Numbered from the whole stretch's first letter, positions 1 through 13,070 are shown. The stretch: DNA of 60,273 bases, filler included, from Basidiobolus ranarum (GCA_040143965.1; 10 parts of 10 records of this genome joined end to end with filler, not necessarily neighbours in it); one strand, 5' to 3'. Made by a program: numbers and translations. Notes: generated from the sequence alone by a model not told the origin.

Positions 1-96
1 ACTAAATAATGTTGACTAACTAATATGTGATATATGAAATAGTTAGGTGTATAAAGATAGGGATAACATATATGATAAAGACAATAAACTTCAACA
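1..96 (+). mobile_element. 3' end of a young LTR (AATAAA...TTCAACA), truncated by the contig start
   Basis: Exact reverse complement of 42094..42189. Ends in AATAAA-CTTCAACA, a typical LTR 3' terminus, and abuts a decayed copia pol fragment at 97. Confidence 0.8.
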
Positions 97-330
97 ATAT
101 TTACACATAAACCCCTTGGATTATATGCAAGTTTGTAGAAGTTCCAATCCTTCTCACCCAAGGTTAAATAGTTCCCATTTTGATCACCAATGGTGCATCC
201 TCCCTTATCATAATTGGATTTTGGCCCTTCTGAGGTGGCCTTGCAAACAGATATTGAATTCTTGGCAAAATCTGGAACATGTAGTACATCCTTAAAAATA
301 TACACTTTCTCTTCAGAAGCTCCAGTTAAA
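97..330 (-). mobile_element. Decayed Ty1/copia pol fragment (protease to pre-integrase region)
   Basis: The reverse complement aligns by eye with 12684..12895 (KDVLYVPDIAKNLIS region) of the copia remnant in contig 3. Confidence 0.75.
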
Positions 331-851
331 TTGATATAAATTGCACCAATTTCTCTAATTCTCCAAACTACTTCTAACAGGCTCCCAAATACTTTAATAT
401 TATCCCCCTTCTTCATTTTTCAATATCATCAAAGCTAAATCTTTTTACTAAAAAGTTCACCATTACATGCTGGGAATAAGCTTTGAGATGTCCAGCATTG
501 TTATGACTGGGAAGCAAATAAGAATGATGATTGTTACCTATATTGAAGAAATGCTGAGAAATCCAACTGTCACATTCCTACTTTGATTTCCAATACTAGT
601 TTCAAACTATGCCAGATTTATTATTTTTATATCACATATGTTAGGTATAAATCCGTGGGCATCTCCCACATAACCAACTATTATTCCCTCATATGTCTCT
701 TTTCTCACCCTATCTAAGTCTTATCGTCAACAGTCCTACGTTACACGTTCTTTATGGAATATACTTCACCCTCAAGGTATATTTTCTCTTGTCACGATAT
801 ATGATTATTAAATGGATACGTAGTATAGATTAATTATTCATATTAACTTTA

Positions 852-1760
852 TTATTGAAGTTGATCAGCAAACACCTTGACATCTTCAATTGGTAATCCT
901 TTTTCGCTGAAGTCATGGGCTGGGAAAACTGTATCAACACGAGCTCCCAAGGTTGAGACCTTTGCAATGGCTTTCTTGCAATCACCAAAATTGCATGTTG
1001 CCATAGCAAATGGGGTGCCAATGGCGGGTGGTTTTCTCCCAAAGAGGCTGAGTGCATTGTTGGTCAAAGCATCGCCAACCATGATGGATCGTGTTGGTAC
1101 GTGAAGGTAGGATGCTGAACCTAAAATTTGCATTGAATATTTGCAAAGTTGGAACGGAATTTAGCTATGCGACATAATAAAGGACAAAAAGTATTTAAAC
1201 AACGTACCAGGGGTGTGTCCGAGGGTCTCAACAAGTCTAAGAATATGCCCGTACTCCCAGTTCTCATCATCGTCTGTCAATAGTAGTGAATCTTCGTGAG
1301 GTACCTGAATTTCAGATTTCTGTGCAACATGTTTCATCATATTGAAATACATGTTGTCACCTACACAGCTCTTGTATTGAACGCCATCACAGATGAATGG
1401 CTTCTCAAGCTCATGCATGATAACTTTGCACTCTGGGTATTTCTTGAGCACTTCCAGAGTAGCACCTGTGTGGTCTATATGACCGTGTGTGATGGCAATG
1501 TATCGGATACGATCCTCTTTGTGTGTTAAAAATGCGTCGATTGCCTCGGTAATTTTTTGAGTATGGAGGGGTGCGCCGGCATCAATCATAATCCAGTCGT
1601 GGTTTGGCTCATTGGTTTGTTTATCAACAGCTCTAATCAAGAAAGTAGCGATAGGAATGACAAGACCCAAACCTAAGCTCCAGACAAATGTGCATCGAAA
1701 CAGCCCAGGCGCCACTTCTTCAAATCGCTCATAATCGGGGAGTTTTGACAATCTATCCAT
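852..1760 (-). CDS. Metallo-beta-lactamase-fold hydrolase, 2 exons (1208..1760, 852..1120), 273 aa
   Basis: Motifs IDAG, THGHIDHTG (HxHxDH), GHTPG, VGDA and PAHD. The GTACGT...TTTTAG intron at 1121..1207 joins the two ORFs in frame (HTPG-SASYLH). Confidence 0.9.
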
Positions 1761-3318
1761 CGTTTGTTGAATGGTTGGTGGTGGAATGAAAGTTCTGGGA
1801 GTGAAATTTAATTGCCTTTTAAACTGAACTAAAATCAAGTATACTTTTGATTTGAAGAAGAGCTGGTATTAGCGAACTTTATGTATGATTCGTGGAAGAG
1901 CCCACTCTTTATGGCCGATCTCCGGAGAATCCGGCGCTATTAAATTCCCGGTCATCTTCATATGCTACAACGAATCCAGTTACTCGTTCCTAGAGGCTGT
2001 TTTCCCTTATCCAAAAAAGGAGATTGGATACACCCTTTTTTCGATCACACTGTGCGATATCATTCTCTTAAGGTGGATGATCAGGAAAAGCTAGTGCTTC
2101 ACCCCAGAGTTGTGTCTTGTAGAATAAAAAAATATAGGCTATTCAGGAGAAAAGAGCGGAAAGCCAATTAGATAAAAATACTCGCGATCCAGAGCTTCTA
2201 GAATCACGTGGTATATACAACACGATGATAGTACAATGTTCGAGGCGTGCCTCTGCTAGTAGCTTGCATTAAGGGTAACCGTAGGCATGAGGATGTCTTG
2301 TTCTGTCTACATAGTTGCACCTCTCACTCCACTTTTCCCTCCTATAAATTGCATACGTTATGATACATCTCTCGGGCGTAGGTCATTCTTTTCATTTCCG
2401 ACCACAGACGTCAATTCTATAAAAATAAGAGCGACAAAGATAACTAAAACTACATCAAGAAGGACCGAGTTTGTGTCCATGTATTTATAATATAAATCTC
2501 GTTGCGGACACAAGTAGGGAGGCATGGGAATGAAAATGGCCTTGACATCTCATTCAATCTGCGATGGTACGCCTGTGTAACACATCTTCCTTGAGCAGTA
2601 ATAAGTGCAAATGCCATTACCAATGATTCTGTACGGCAATGCCTAAGCTCATTTACCCACCGTTTACAATGGTTTGTGCCAGATGGCTCGTCTCCACCCA
2701 GCACGACATGAACGTAAATCTGAAAAGTGACTTTGAATCATGTGAGTTGCCAAATCAAGGCTTAGTATTACCCTCCTATAACAGCTGGAATATAAATTTG
2801 GACCAATAAAGTAGCGAAAATTGCTAGGCCAAGTTTAGACCTTTCCTTTCCAAAATCCCTGGAAACTCCAGGAATTCTAGAAATATATATAAGCTTACCG
2901 TGGTTATATCTCACTACTAGCGTAAATCTGCGATAAGTTGTATAGCTTAGTTCCCTTTCTGCTATAAATCTTTTCAATTCGTGTGTAGTATTTACAACAA
3001 AATTCCATTTGTATTCCGATGCTCTAACATTGTGAGAAGTCCTCAGTAAGTGGGAGTTTTTTAGAATATAGGCCATATCTATTCTATACAGCACATGTAG
3101 AGAATTCACACTTAACTAACCAGATGTCTGTAAGCGAGAAGGTAAAACATAAACATCCCAAAACCGAATCATGGACAGGAAATGTAGTGAGTATTTGGGA
3201 TGAGCTGGTAGCTTTTAGGATAGGATACTATAAGAGATTTCTCGTTGTTTTTGATTGAATCAAAAAAAAATGGATGCCTTTTGAAATCAAGAAATACAAC
3301 AACAGTTTCTAAGCTGTT

Positions 3319-3666
3319 TGTTAAAGTATTTGGGAGCCTGTTGGAAGTGGTTTGGAGAATAAGAGAAGTTGGTGGTTTTCACCTATTGATTTATTGAGTT
3401 GAAAGTTGACATTTATAGTTTTGTCAAGATGTAAGCAAACTAATGTGTAGAGTGTGTTAAGGAAGGTCCCAGAAACATGTGTGCAAAGTTTGGGGCTTCC
3501 AGCACAAGTCTGAAAAATCCATATATCTGAGAACTTACAAGTAGGTGTCGAGATTCTAAGTAAATTCCCTTGGGAATAATGGGTAATATCTAAGTGAAAG
3601 TGTAAGATAACTAGGTACTAAGCTATATGTGACTATATAGGTGTTTAGGCAATGCTAATTTCAACA
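3319..3666. mobile_element. Solo LTR (348 bp) with 5-bp target-site duplication
   Basis: Starts TGTTAAAG and ends TTTCAACA, flanked by CTGTT at 3314..3318 and 3667..3671. Homologous to 4041..4335 and 23605..23953 (both inverted), and to a fragment at about 355..399. Confidence 0.85.
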
Positions 3667-4040
3667 CTGTTAAGGTGGTTAGGGAAAATATTGGAGTTTG
3701 AAAATTTGGTCTTTTCTCAATATTTCTGCGATCTCGTTGATTGACGAAATATTCAATGCATGCAATTAAAGTCAAATCTTCTAGACTTGATATTTAGGTG
3801 CATATTTCAGACATTTCAACAGAAAGTACATAGCAGATTAAGTTGAAATTAACATAGCCTAAACATCTGTATATACAAGAAAACTTACAGACCTGCCCAA
3901 TACTCTCATATCTTCTGATCACTATAATAATACATATATATATATACCATCATTTTATTGTAGTATCAGTATATTTTACTTTATACTTAAGCACCTCATG
4001 CAAATGATGTGCTTCTTCAATTATTTTAAACACCTCTTCC

Positions 4041-4335
4041 TATTGAAATTAGCATAGCCCAAACATCTATACAGTCAAATATAGCGTAGTATTTGGTTAC
4101 TTCATATTTCACTAGGATATCACTCACTATTCTCAAGAGAAACTGACTTAGAAGATATATACATTTTGATAACTTGTCCTAGAAGCCCCAAGCTTTACAC
4201 ACATGTTCCTGGGACCTTCTTTAACACATTCTACACATTTTTTTGTTTACCTCTTGACAAAACTATTAATGTCACCTCAATAAATCAATAAGTGAAAACC
4301 ATCAATTCTTTCTAGTCCCCCAAACCACTTTCAAC
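4041..4335. mobile_element. Degenerate inverted copy of the same LTR family
   Basis: The reverse complement aligns with about 3340..3666, with an internal deletion and many transitions. Confidence 0.75.
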
Positions 4336-4982
4336 GCCATTAACCATGTTCATCAATATATCATAATCCATGTAGAATTCCTGAATAGTGCAAGTCAGGA
4401 GTAGCAGATCCAATATGGACATTTCCTTAATTTTGGCCAAGTGCTCTTTGCATGCTCATCCGAAGCTCTCAATAGTTTTGCTTTTAATACTTCAACATTC
4501 GGGCATCTCAATCAACTTTACTCTATTATATTGGGACAGGGCCTGATAACCCCAGGAGTGCTGAATAGAGTCTGATTCTATCCACTATTACTTCGCAACT
4601 GTTGTTGAAAGTGTTCTTGCTAATTGACATTAGAGATGCATTCATCGGGTGTTCAGGATGAGCAACAAAACTGGGTACTCAGCATGAGGTTTGATTCCAA
4701 CTTCTGATCAACTTGGGTACTGGTTCGTCAATATCATCTCCAGATTTACTTTGAAGCTGAAAACCAAAGTCCAATAAAGAGTTTCGACTACAAGTTTACT
4801 TTTAACATTAATTTATTAAATAATTGGATTCTCAAGTAAAATGACTTCAGTGTATGAAAGCTTCATTCTATATTTTAGTATGAAATTAAGGGGATGGATG
4901 CCGATTCATTACTTCGGGATGTTACATTAGTGATATTTCATGTGGTGTTGAACTATTGATAAAGGTGACATATCCAAAAAAC

Positions 4983-5951
4983 CTAAACCTCGTAATTAAT
5001 GTCACCACTGCTACTGTCGTTTTGTTCATTACTTTCCCGTCTCATCTTATTGATTTTGTATCTGGCCAAAACCATGGAGATCACACCTGGTACTACGATC
5101 CAACCAGTTATTACTAGCCAGTTAATCCACATCTTGTGTGTTAAAGCCCCATAAAATATACTACGCAGGCCACGAACACCGTAGTACATTGGGAAGGCAG
5201 TACCAATTTTGGCCAGACCGGGCTGCAACGTATTGCTGAGAATACCGTCACTGGTAGTTAATTGTAAAACCAAGAATAGGGTACCAGGAACCTAATGAAT
5301 GAGGACTGTTAGTGTATGCCACTCTAAAAGTACTATCAATATCTTCTTACCTGAAAACCTTCAGCGGATAAGAGTAGTAACATTAAGAAAAGAATACTTA
5401 AGAAAGCGAAGCTAGTATACCAAATGAATGCAATAGCATAACCAGCGTTCTTCCAGTCGAATTGGTGATTTGTTAGGGATACAGAGGGTATGATGATAGA
5501 AATGGACTGGAACAATGTTAAAATAGCAGCTAATAACCCCCAGGCCATTACTACACGCACTGCTGGGAAGCTCCAAGAACGAGCTACTTCCCTCATACGT
5601 AGGAACTTACTGACAATCGTTACAGTCAAAAGGCATCCGATATATGATACAACAAAAGCTACGTAGGATGCAAAGTTCGAACCATATGCGCGGACAGGAT
5701 GCATCACCGTTTCGTGCACCTGAAAGAAATCAACCCAGAATGTAGGATCAAATGCTTGAAGTAACATTGGACCGGCTTTACTAGTCAAGAATTGTTTCTC
5801 AAGAGATGCCGAGAATGTGCTGAAGGCTATACTCTTGGCCTGTCGCAAGAAGCTTTGGGTGTTGTAATTGCGTCCTTGATCAAATATCCACTCCACTTCC
5901 CACTGCTTTCGAGCGGCAGGGTTAGTAGCGGACAAAAAATTCTGGGAGAAA
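4983..5951 (-). CDS. Multi-pass membrane protein, YhgE/Pip or DUF3533(SNG1)-like; 5' end cut by contig edge; exons 5351..5951 and 4983..5291
   Basis: About six hydrophobic segments. Motifs YGSNFASY, LVLQLTTSDG and FPMYYGVRGLRSIFYG resemble the YhgE/Pip/ABC-2-type membrane C-terminus. Phase-0 intron GTAAGA...ATTAG at 5292..5350. Confidence 0.7.
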
Positions 5952-6051
5952 NNNNNNNNNNNNNNNNNNNNNNNNNNNNNNNNNNNNNNNNNNNNTTAAT
6001 TAATTAANNNNNNNNNNNNNNNNNNNNNNNNNNNNNNNNNNNNNNNNNNNN
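5952..6051. other. Artificial contig linker N44-TTAATTAATTAA-N44
   Basis: Identical 100-bp cassette with six-frame stops; genes are cut on both sides. Confidence 0.98.
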
Positions 6052-9000
6052 AGGCAAGAGCTTGAATTTGATGCATTATCACTAGGATGCTGTGTTGTTT
6101 GGGGATTGCGGTTAATACATTAACAGTACATTGACTAAGTTGCTGATCGAGCTCATTGACTAATAGAGAGAACTTCTCCAATGCCTGGTGGGTTCCAATG
6201 GTTGGAGGAGCATTATCATATCCTACATCATAGGAGTGCGCATCTCCCTTAGCGGGGATAGGAGCTCGCAGACTTCTTTCGTCGTACACGTTGGCCAATT
6301 GGCTTTGGAAACGAGGGATTCTGGCAAAATCCTCATAAACTACTAACTGTTGGGGTAATAGGCCATTGGGCTTCAGACGTAAAGAGCTAGGAAGGTTGGG
6401 CGGATAGCGAAATGAGGAAACAACCGCAACATCGTAGAAAGGCTGACCAGTTCGCAATTCTCTGTGCTTCTTTCTATCGGAATACGCATTTGCCAATCCT
6501 TCGTCTATTTGTAGAATAGCAACCTCAATAGTAACTTTCTCAACCACTGAACTTGCAAGATCTAAATTATCAGAAACAGTAATAGAGATTGCTTGGTCCG
6601 GAAAAGTATGTTCAGAAACTCCATTCTGCAATAACATACTACGTAAATGGGTAGCAATTCCACTGCGTAGATTATCTTTGCTAGCAGCAACAGCTAAACT
6701 AGCAGCCAAATTTTGGACCATTACGTGTGCCGCTTGTCTCATTCTATCTTCATTGGGCTCCATTGCGAAATCTTTGGTGATAAGCTCCTGAGTAGTAAAT
6801 CGGGCGATTTTTACTGATCTCTCTACAGTGGCACCAATTGTATCTCTTAAAGCCTGATCCATAGCAACATGAATAACCTGCTTTAATATAGCTTGGTTGA
6901 TAGGTAGGTTGGGATTGACGGAAATATATGGAGCGATGGTGGGAATTATCGCATTAAGAGTATCATCAATGATATCTAGAATTCTTTGAGCATTACTTTG
7001 CTGGGTTTGGCTTGATATTTGATGATGGGCAGGAGCTCTTGAAGCGGGGTCATGATCAAATGATAGGTTATCCATTTCTTGGACAATGTTGGATTGAGAG
7101 ACGAAATCTTTGGGAGGGCGGTCCTTTAGAATTGTAGTAGGCTTTATATCCTTAATATCGAGGTTTAGGCTCTTACAAAGCACTTCGATTTCGAACTTGA
7201 GATTTAGCTTCAGATCTGCGAATTGATAGAGCTCCGCTAGTAGCTTCATAATAGCTATAAGCCAGGGATTTGGAGGGTTGAATATACGGCTCTTGCTACA
7301 CTGCTCCAAAATTTTACAAACAAACGGAATAGCAACAATCAATCGATTAGAGTCGTAGCCTTCGATGAGCAGCTCTTTAAAGGCAATATTCTTGTGTTTA
7401 ATCGGCTTATTCTGTGCCAGTGTCATTCCTCCAAGCCAGGATCCTAGATTTTTGAGTAGCGATCTTTCAGAAGATGATTCAACAGTTTTTTCCGAATTTA
7501 AAAGAACTTGGATATTAACATAGGTTTCATGAAGCAAGTAGCGATAGAGAAGGTCACTCTTGAGAGAATCTAGGAATTGAAGGTAAAGCTGATGATTGTT
7601 GGGCTCAATGCTAGCGCGTTTAGCTACCAAATAGTGACCAAACCAACGAAAAGCAGATTCTTTTAGAACCTCTCGCATTTCTTGAACCTTGGTTTCCATG
7701 TTGCTATGAGCAACATTGTTGATAATAAAAAGTATTTTATCTTGCACTGACTCTGGAGGAGCATCGTTCTCACCACTATCACCGCTAACGAGTAAAGTAT
7801 CGACATTTAGGGAAGTAAAGGCGGGAAGAGTTTTGTTCTTAGGCTGCTCTCCTAAACTGTGATTTTGAGTGTTATCCAAAGGCTGAGGTTCTTCAACATT
7901 ACCTCCAGTGGCAACTTGTGTTAACGGCTGATTCGAGATTTGTCCCAAAATTGCGTTGATATATTGTATAATATCAGGTCGAGTCTGTTGTAGCTTTGGG
8001 ATTTGTAACAAATGAGAACAGTACTGTGGCCATTCGATTAAGCGCGACTTGAATTGAACTAATGCCTGAACTCCAAAATGAAACATTTTGGGATTATCTT
8101 GTTCGGATAGAGCATCCAAGACACACTTGAGAGCTACTCCCAACGGAATGTAAGATATGAGTTGATTTTGAATCAAATTTCCAATCAAGCTACTAGTAAT
8201 TGACAGTTCCTTTGGAGGGTATTTAGGGAAGAATTTGAATTCATCGAACAGATTGTGCATCATGCAGTCAAATACGTCACGATCTCTAGCAACTTGAGAA
8301 CTCTTCAGGCGATGTAAGAGCTCAATCATGCTTTCAACGGACAACTCTTCCTTGTAGCTTTTCTCATAATACATATTAGCCTCTTGTTCAACATCAGAAG
8401 AGAAACTAATTTCAGTAGCGGGAGCGGTTGGGTTAGCATTACCACCTATGTTAGCAAGCTCAGGATATTTCTTGAAGCAAAGAGTTTGAAATTTCTTGAA
8501 CATTTCCGACATCTCTGGTGCAGTAGCACTTGCCTCAATTACTTTTAAGAAAATGCTTATAACCTCGGGAGAGGGCGAAGCAGTAGTGGCTTCATTGTTA
8601 GCTGTCTCCTCAGATCCTGTTTTCTGAGCTAAGTATTCAAAGCATGCTCTAAGGAAAGGCTCACCGTGCGTAGCGACAGAATCCTGTAGCCATTTCTCAA
8701 GATTCAAATATCCTCTTTTACATGCCAACGCAGCAAGATCAATTGCGAAAAAGAAAGGTTGCACTGCAAGCATAGGCTTGATGATCTTGATATCTTGCAC
8801 AACATCAAGAATACGCGAAACGAGATTTGGATTGCTATGATACATATCTAATGCTGCATGTATAAGAAGAGAGTTGTTTATATTCCATAGTCGCCACAAA
8901 ACAAAATTGGAATTTGAATGCCCAGATAGAAATCCAGCAGTTAATTTTGTTACAAGCTTCTGATGTAATGGATTCCATGGCTCCGGAAGTTGAGCAAGAC

Positions 9001-9788
9001 CGAGAAGAATCAATTCTGGCGCCTGTTTAGTTCCTTCCTCGAATAAAGATGTAACATCATCGGTAATATTTGTTTCGTACATAAACATTAAGCTCTGAAT
9101 GAGGTCTAAGTTATTCCAGGGCTGAGTGCATAAGTTAGTAGCAGCATTGGCAAACTGTGGATTAATCGATGCGATATCTTCCGGATCAACGATTTTTTTG
9201 GTAGCCAACTCAGCAATATCAATAACTTCGATAGGTGCCTGAATAGCTTGCTTCAAAAAGCTAAATTGTCCCTTGGTGTTATTCCAGCGATGCCAGAAAA
9301 CATCAAGAGGGAAAGGATCAACGCCTTTCACGGCACATTTATGGGAAGTGGTAATAACGGAAAGTCCGGCTACGCTGGGGATATAGAAGCCTGGATGATC
9401 CAATTGTTGAATCACCACGAGCCAGTCTGTATTGGGTTGGAGTTCAGACAATACAGTGATGAAATTTTCTACGTTCCATTGGCAGTCAACTTCTTTACGG
9501 TCCTCGGCAGCAGTCTGACCTTGAACAGCTGAAAATGTAGCCATAGCACCTAAAGCCTTGGCTATATCACTTTCGTTAATGGTATTACTCGAATTGGGAG
9601 TTTCTAACCCAACATCTCGAAGAAGTGATTTGACTTCAGTAACATCCTTACAACAAGGAGGACCTAGATCTGCGATCTTGCGGGCAAGAGCCGCTTCACT
9701 TTCTGAATAACTAAAACGGAAAACTATGTGTCGATAATTTTGAGATCAAGAGTAGACTAGTAGAGGAAAATTACCTTGTATTGGACAT
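6052..9788 (-). CDS. NOT1: CCR4-NOT scaffold subunit Not1; 3' end cut by contig edge; exons 9775..9788 and 6052..9710
   Basis: Over 1200 codons with Not1 hallmarks FAIDLAALACKRGYLNLEKWL, NLFDEFKFFPKYP, KRASIEPNNH, LLKNLGSWLG, LKLNLKFEIEVLCK and KDFAMEPNE. A GTAATT...TTTTAG intron links MSNT-SYSESE in frame. Confidence 0.95.
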
Positions 9789-10699
9789 ATCTAAAAGAAT
9801 GGAAAGTTTTTAAAGTTTTTTTTTTGATATTTCTGCTCGATTTAACGAAGAAAAGTATAGGTTTCTGAGAAACAAAGTCAGTTAGTTACAATAGGTTGAA
9901 CGACATGTAATTCCAAGTCTTACTTTAGTTTAAGATGATAATAATCTACGTTAAGCGGAGATGAGTGCAGGATCTATTGAACTTGAGTAATCCGCGAGAT
10001 TTTGTGAAATATAACGTTCGTTTTTCAATGGTTGGTTTGATTATATGTTTAAAAAGATTTAAATAGCATGCCGTGGATGCATGGAATGATCAGAACTGGA
10101 GTCAAATAAATAAACGAATGGGGGGTGCTTTCGTTAAAATTTGACTCTATTTTATACAGAAGTGACCGAATCGGAAAGACTTCAAGTCAATATCAAAGCA
10201 GAAAGTATCGAAGATGGGAAAATCGGAAGATTACACAGTGAATGTGTAAAAAAACGAACTAGAATTATATGAAGAGCGTTTACGGTTGGCAAAGCGAACA
10301 CGACAAATCAACAAAAGTTAGATGACGAAACAAAAAAAATGGAATGATATAAAATAGGGTGCGGTTTGTCAACCCAGGGTTACACATTCATCCGAAACCA
10401 TACTAGGGTTCAAAAATATTGATGAACCTTGTTTTATACCTATTGGACATTATGGCAATCAAAAACATTCAACTCCTATCAAGATTCGATAAAATCCCAG
10501 TAAGCTTACTGACATAACGTTTACTAGTATAAATATATATCAGCATTTCATTGTTTTCTGCAAGATAATTTAAATGCCATTTTTTTACTCAAAACATTGC
10601 GAATCACAGATATTCTTCGACTATCACGAATGATTCAAGATACCTATAGTCTAAGAATATTTGTGATTTTAAAGATGGTTCAACATGCAAGTTAGAACA

Positions 10700-12002
10700 G
10701 TTCAACAACTATTATATATGGTTACTACTATGAGTTGCATTTTGACAAGTAGCTCTTTAATTTCCTGTTTAGTAATTGACGGCATATCATAATGTGTTAA
10801 ATGCCCGAACGTATCTGTATAGAGGAAGCCAAATGAAGAGCTGTGTATATGTAACATGGGGAAAACAGCGATTGTTTCGTAGCCGAAATGACCATAGATA
10901 GAAGAAAAAGCATAAGAAAGGGTGGCCGAATATGAGTAATTACAAGCACTCCGTTGAGTTCATGAGTGTCTTAATATCTGCAGTTGTGACAGGCCTGTGT
11001 TCTAGACAATAGCACAATGACTGAGACGGATTGATTTTCTGCGAAAGGTAATAGCATGCCGATTTAGCGCAACTAACATGAAATCGATGTTTACATCCCG
11101 GATTAGAACACTGAATTGGATATCCCTCATTTGATTTGCATAAATCACACTGTTTAAAAAGAGTTACTATCGTGTGGTCATGTTTCAAAGATGGTCAACA
11201 ATAATACCTGAAGGTTTATCGAAGGGTGAAAGCGATACAAGCCAGTAGCTACTTCGACTTGAGAGCCATCAGGATTGTTGCTGCGAATGATACAAATCCC
11301 TGACGTAAATTGAGCGCATAGTCTATGAAAAGCGTTTTAATACAACATCTACTACCACCAAAGCCTATTTGCTTACCTATGTATCCACCTTCCTTCGTCG
11401 GTGCGCAACAAATTTTGCTGATTTGTGTCTGGACACAAAACGCACTGCAAATAGAATCGTGACATTGGTATCGTAGCTCTCAGCGTATAAATTAAGATGT
11501 GGATTCTTACCTGCCGCAGTCGATCCCGTTTAACCAATTTAAGTACTGGTAACTTCATTTGGTCATTTATGCCAGGTTCAGCTCGCGGTTGAATAAAAAC
11601 AGACCAATCTTTAATAGCATCTACTGGTACTTTCCCTGGTATAATTAATGATGGCTTCTGCGAGGCTGTTTTCTCAACCTCAGTTTCATTTACAACTTTC
11701 CTATCAAATATAGAAGCAACGTCGATTGTGACAGCATCACCGATGCATTTACACGGTTTCGCCTTCTTTCCGATCTCGACCCAATTCTCGAGAGCAAAAT
11801 TCACTGATTCAGCACAGTTATATCCCAGATTATAACCTGAGTGATACCCATGTGGAAAAGTAATCATGAATTCGCCTTCCTTTTGTACACATTTGTAAAC
11901 AGGAATCGAGTTATGGGCCAGAATAGTCGGAGATATGTGAAAGGTTTTATGGCGTAAAAATTGCGAGCATTTCTTGTACTCTTGAGAGAAATAGCCTTAT
12001 GG
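10700..12002 (-). CDS. KDM4/Rph1-like JmjC histone demethylase, 3' part with extended PHD-type zinc finger; multi-exon; 3' end approximate
   Basis: FLRHK and GEFMITFPHGYHSGYNLGYNCAESVNFA (JmjC end), followed by CVLC...WIHRLCA and CDLC...IQC...C..RFHVSCA...CLEH across GT-AG introns. Confidence 0.85.
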
Positions 12003-12102
12003 NNNNNNNNNNNNNNNNNNNNNNNNNNNNNNNNNNNNNNNNNNNNTTAATTAATTAANNNNNNNNNNNNNNNNNNNNNNNNNNNNNNNNNNNNNNNNNN
12101 NN
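12003..12102. other. Artificial contig linker
   Basis: N44-TTAATTAATTAA-N44. Confidence 0.98.
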
Positions 12103-13070
12103 AATGCATTGGAGTACCTACCACTGCTCAAGACATCATAGTTACAGTCCTGAATAGCCTGCCATACAAGTTTCAGAGCCTAGTAATGGCCCTAGAATCA
12201 TAAACTGAAAATTTGACCTAAAACTATGCATTTGGCACAGTTCTGGATGAAGATTTATGCAAATTGGTAACCAACCAAAAGAATGAAGAGAATGCTTTAA
12301 TAGGCTATAGGAAACCTTCTTATAAAGATCAAAAGCACTTTACAAAGAAAAGTAACACATTCTGTGATTACTGTAAAAGAACTGGCCATTTAAGCAAAGA
12401 TAGCTTTAAAAGAATTGCAAACAAAGAAAAATGTACTGAATCTGGAAATGTGGTGGCAATAAAAGATGACTTGTTCATATCTACTCTATCTATGACTACC
12501 AACAAGAAGTCTCATATGTAGTATATTGATTTTGGAGCATCCTAACATTTCACAAATGAAAGACATAGGTTTGTGGATTATGAAGAAATCCCAATTAGAA
12601 AGGTTTTCATGGGAGATGATGGCATACTGTATGCTATTGAAATGGGAACAATTCCAATCAATTTAACTAGAGTTTCTAAAGAGAAAGTATATACTTATAA
12701 GGATGTACTATATGTTCCAGATATTGCCAAGAATTTAATATCTTTATGCAAGGCCACCTCAGAAGGGGTAAAACTCAATGTTGATAAGTTAGGATGCACC
12801 ATCACTGATTAAAATGGGAATTATTTAGCTTTGGGAAAAAAGGATTGGAACCTATATAGACTTACTTATAATCCAAGAGGTTTATGTGTTAATATAAGCT
12901 ATTCCAATTAAGAAAGTATTTAATTATGGCACAAGAGATTTGGCCATGTTGGATTTGATTATTTGAGCAAAGTGATCAAAAATTGCCAAATTTCTGGAAT
13001 TCAAATTAACCCTCCAATCATAGTGGAAATTTGCAAGGGGGGTTATATGGAAAACAAGCCAGGCAACAGA
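12103..13070 (+). mobile_element. Decayed Ty1/copia gag-pol remnant
   Basis: Zinc knuckle FCDYCKRTGHLSKD, degenerate protease motif YIDFGAS*HFT, KDVLYVPDIAKNLIS and pre-integrase WHKRFGH. Many in-frame stops. Confidence 0.85.
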
